The notes under the pieces are model-generated. The model was given only the letters and a program-made list of their open reading frames with translations, had not been told where the DNA came from and did not search any database. This document shows, piece by piece, positions 60,861 through 64,000 of a stretch of 64,000 nt of DNA. The position numbers were made by a program, and so were the translations under genes. This stretch comes from Vitrella brassicaformis CCMP3155 (Eukaryota; Protista; Chromerida): contig CDMY01000164.1 in NCBI GenBank assembly GCA_001179505.1, forward strand, positions 1-64,000, written 5' to 3'. The first letter of the stretch is position 1; each line of letters begins with the position of its first letter.

Positions 60861-61484
60861 GGGTGGGGCTCGGTGTGCACACAGAGAGAGGGCCTTACTG
60901 CCGCCTTTTGAAGACCTGACTGTGACACACACACAATGAGAAATGAGGGCCCTTCCTCCACCGACGACGCCCTTGCTCCTTCCCGCATGCCCGCCTACCT
61001 TCTCGTGTCCTGTCCTCTTTGGACGGGCCCTCACCTCACGCAGAGTAAAGCAGATCTGCCGCCCTGGACCCACGAGTCACTATGATACGGAAACTGGGGG
61101 ATGCCCGTGTGTGTTGAGGTCGCCTGATCGCCACTGATGTGCCAAGAGATCACGCGCGCTTCTTGGCTCGCCCCGTAGGGTGTAGGGTTCAAACCCTAGA
61201 GACCAGGCGAGGAGGCGCCGCGCACACACCTGCAGGCTGCCAGACTCGACTCAAGGCGTGCCGTAGCAGCCCTCATTCGACAGCCCTCAACCGAGTGTGA
61301 GTGCCCTGATACAACCCTGATAAGGCGAGGCCACCCTTCGGTCTTCATCAATAGGGAAGCCTCGACGGAGAAGCCGCACGTAGTAATGTAAGCACACAGA
61401 TGAAGCACATGGCAGCGTATGTGGAGAGCGATGCATGCATCTCGTCGTGTGCACTTTTGTCTTCAGCCGTGCTTGAGTGGTGCC

Positions 61485-64000
61485 ATGGCAGCAGCTTCGT
61501 CGTCATCTTCATCTGCTGCTTCGCCTCCTCAGGCAGAGGTGAGTCAAACCACAGTGGCACGTCAATCAATCAATGCGTCATTCACTCATTCACTCGTTCA
61601 TTGCTTTGTTTGTTTCGTTAGGCCATGGCATCGTGTTCGTCGGCCGGTCGTCACCGGGAGGGCACTCGTGTGCTGCTGACGTCGGGCACCAGAAGGGATG
61701 CCAATGAGAGCTATGTGTGGCTCAAGGCCGACGTCTATCGCATAGAGGAGATCAGCAAAGGGACGCTGCTCTTCATGCGGGAGGTCGGCGGCCGGGAGGA
61801 GTTCAAACAGGTGGTGCCGCATCGGACCAGCGCGCCCATGAACACCAACCCACAGCCACCCGTGGTAGGCAAACACACCTCAACAGGAAGCTCCTTAGAT
61901 GCCCCGCTGAATGTGTGTGTGCCTGTGTGTCTGTGTCGTCTGTGTCGTCTGTGTGGCTGTGTCGTCTGTCTGCAGGTGTGGGATGTTAGCAGGAAGGTAC
62001 ACGTAGCCACGCACTGCACACCCATATTTCCACTCTGCCTTCTCCCTCCTCCTTGGTGGTGTTTCTGCTTCAGGCCCCTGACGGTTTTGGCGACGGCCCT
62101 GACGGCTCTCTGGCGACGCTATTCAGCTTCATGACGCCTTGCGAGCTGTCGGCTCTCTTCCCGGACCGCCCCGTCGAACCACTAACAAACCAGCAAGCCG
62201 ACCCCACCATCCACGATGCAGCCGTCCACCAGCAGACACACATCACCGTGGACTGCAGCACCCGTGCAGAGTGTCACTTCTGGGAGAGCATGACGCCTGA
62301 GGCCGCATTCCAGCTGGGCAAGTGTCTCATCAACGTGACGGCACTCACCGTCCTGCAGCCACACGATCGTCCATCGTGGTGTCTGTTCACCATGATAGGC
62401 ATCGTGGAGGGCCATGCCGCCGGGCGACGGAAGGCGTACGAGGCGAAGGATCGACAGCAGCACATGCCCGAGGGGTCTCTGGAGAGCATCCAATTTGTGG
62501 CCAGCCCCATCAGCCACGCCGACCGACTAGGGCGGCAGCATTGCCCCACCAGAAAGAATCGCAACAGCAGCAACAATCGCGGCATCTACATTAAGGCCAG
62601 GAGGGGCGGCGAAAGGACAAAGAGGAAGCGCCCCCCCATCCCCCCTCCCATCAGAGCGCCCCCAACCCTCCCTGCCCTCAGGACTGTCACAGGAGCCGTC
62701 CCGGAGCACGCTGTGGTGTCCAGCAGCCGGTGGGTGATGCCCGCACTCGAGCACATAGACCAGCAGGGCTGGACGGCGGACCAGCTGGGCCTGTTCATCA
62801 GCACTTCGCTGTCGCTGCAGCACGTGGGTGGGAGGGTGCGGGGCGCGGAGTGGGCGGCTGTGTTTAGGTATGTCCTCGTGGCACGTGATGGCCAGCCAGG
62901 GCGGCTCAGACGGCTGCGGAGCATTGGATTGATCCATTACTGGACGCCGGAAGAAGTGGACGAGCTGCAGGTATGGACCATTACATCGAAAAGGAATCAC
63001 ATGTAATTATGTCATTGTCTTCACTTCTAGGAGGTATTGACGTCGCGTGGCTGCCGCAAGTCGCTCAAGAGCGTCAGCGTGCGGATCCTACCAATTGTCG
63101 ACCACCACACCCTCCCCGCCCTCGTCGCTGTCGACAGCCTCATCGACAAGTGCTGCGTGCCGCATGACGTCGACATCACCGTGCTGCCGGAAACTAACAG
63201 GACGACCCGCTATTTCCAGCTGTCCGTCCTCTATGCCGACGACCTGCCCCGTTCCCTCTCGCCCTTCGTCAGGAAGGCCTTGCAGGAGGCGGCACGGGTG
63301 GCATACGAGCTGCGATACACCATCAGTCAGCACGATATCACTCACTCCGTCGACGACCCGAGCCAGACGGCCATCGAGATCGCAGAGAGCCTCTCATTCG
63401 ACAACGTGAGGCTCGTGAACGCCATGAGTGCCTATGGCTTCGCCCCTCCGCCCGGGACCCCCTCACCCGCCCCCGCCATCATCGACCACCTGCAGCCCTT
63501 CCCAGCGGCCAAGGAGCTGCAGATCTGCAGCGGTCTGGGCGGGCCTGTGGGCAGCTTGCTGGCACAGAAGATGCCCATGGAGGTGGAAACGGTGATCATG
63601 CCCTCGGCTGTGAGGTCAGAGGACAAGACCAGGGTGCTGGAGGCGTTGGGGGAGGAGAGGGAGGTGGACACTATCTACGTCGGTGCAGCTGGGAATGCAC
63701 TGAGTGCATTGGATGGATGGAGGGCGGAGAGCTTCCCAGTGACGCACCAGATGAGTGTCCAATTTGGAGGTATGCAGAATACTAGGTGGTGTCCCGTTGA
63801 CGTGTGCATTGCTGCATTGTGTGTGTGTGCCTTCGCTCACTGCCAGACGACCGATATCGTTGCATCCACTTTCGAGTTGCACTGACATCGCCTGGCGTCC
63901 GCAGCTCGCTCAAGAGCCTCAGCGTGCGGGTCCCGGCATCTATCGACCATAACACCTTTCCCGCCCTCCTGGCTGCCGACAGCCTGATCAACAAATGCCG
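61485..64000 (+). CDS. Lineage-specific protein B2 (paralog of B1, no FG insert, tandemly repeated C-domain); truncated by the window end
   Basis: MAAASSSSSSAASPPQAE exon, RHREGTRVLL...EFKQVVPHR exon, FSFMTPCELSALFP, QQTHITVDCST...FWESMTPEAAFQLGKCL. After intron ~63770-63846 the frame restarts LTSPGVRSSLKSLSVRV..., repeating LTSRGCRKSLKSVSVRI... at 63037. Confidence 0.65.

Larger units (their letters stand above)
58368..61198 (-). repeat. Segmental duplication unit, direct copy of 38052..40628
   Basis: Exons, introns and upstream sequence align with the ANK-3 unit up to the TAGGGTT-CA-AACCCTA palindrome. Confidence 0.9.

Noticed and set aside
113-63994. The great majority of six-frame ORFs, including long antisense ORFs over the ankyrin, kinase and ARM genes (e.g. 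1195..1791, 2524..3219, 28556..29902, 49061..49828)
   Set aside because: They are shadows of GC-rich coding sequence on the opposite strand or frame, or translations of microsatellites (runs of CVCV, HTHT, DRQT).

Overview
Eukaryotic, GC-rich, intron-dense nuclear DNA with five 300-nt placeholder gaps. Introns are short and full of (GT)n/(GACA)n/(GGAT)n microsatellites. The gene families (MORN-SAM-TKL kinase, expanded ankyrin and BTB-TLDc families) point by inference to an alveolate, most likely the chromerid Vitrella brassicaformis. I read about 16 genes. Five are paralogous ankyrin-repeat genes with hypervariable repeats and a shared C-terminal domain (two are frameshifted). Two intron-containing copies of the normally prokaryotic CstA transporter form a ~3 kb inverted repeat around RPL21 and a plant/bacterial-type uncharacterised gene. 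The centre holds an NDR-family kinase, an N-acylated LCM-type methyltransferase and a MORN-SAM-TKL kinase. The right-hand ~29 kb holds a BTB-TLDc gene, two inverted F-box-like paralogs, an ARM-UIM-RING gene and an F-box/transmembrane gene. Strongest candidate for an undescribed system: an ankyrin receptor family diversified at DARPin-like surface positions and reshuffled by short conversion tracts, sitting among ubiquitin-ligase-adaptor-like genes. Also notable: a precise intron presence/absence difference between the two CstA copies, several GC-AG introns, and a telomere/B-box-like palindrome at a segmental-duplication boundary. All exon models and alignments were made by eye; no database searches were run.
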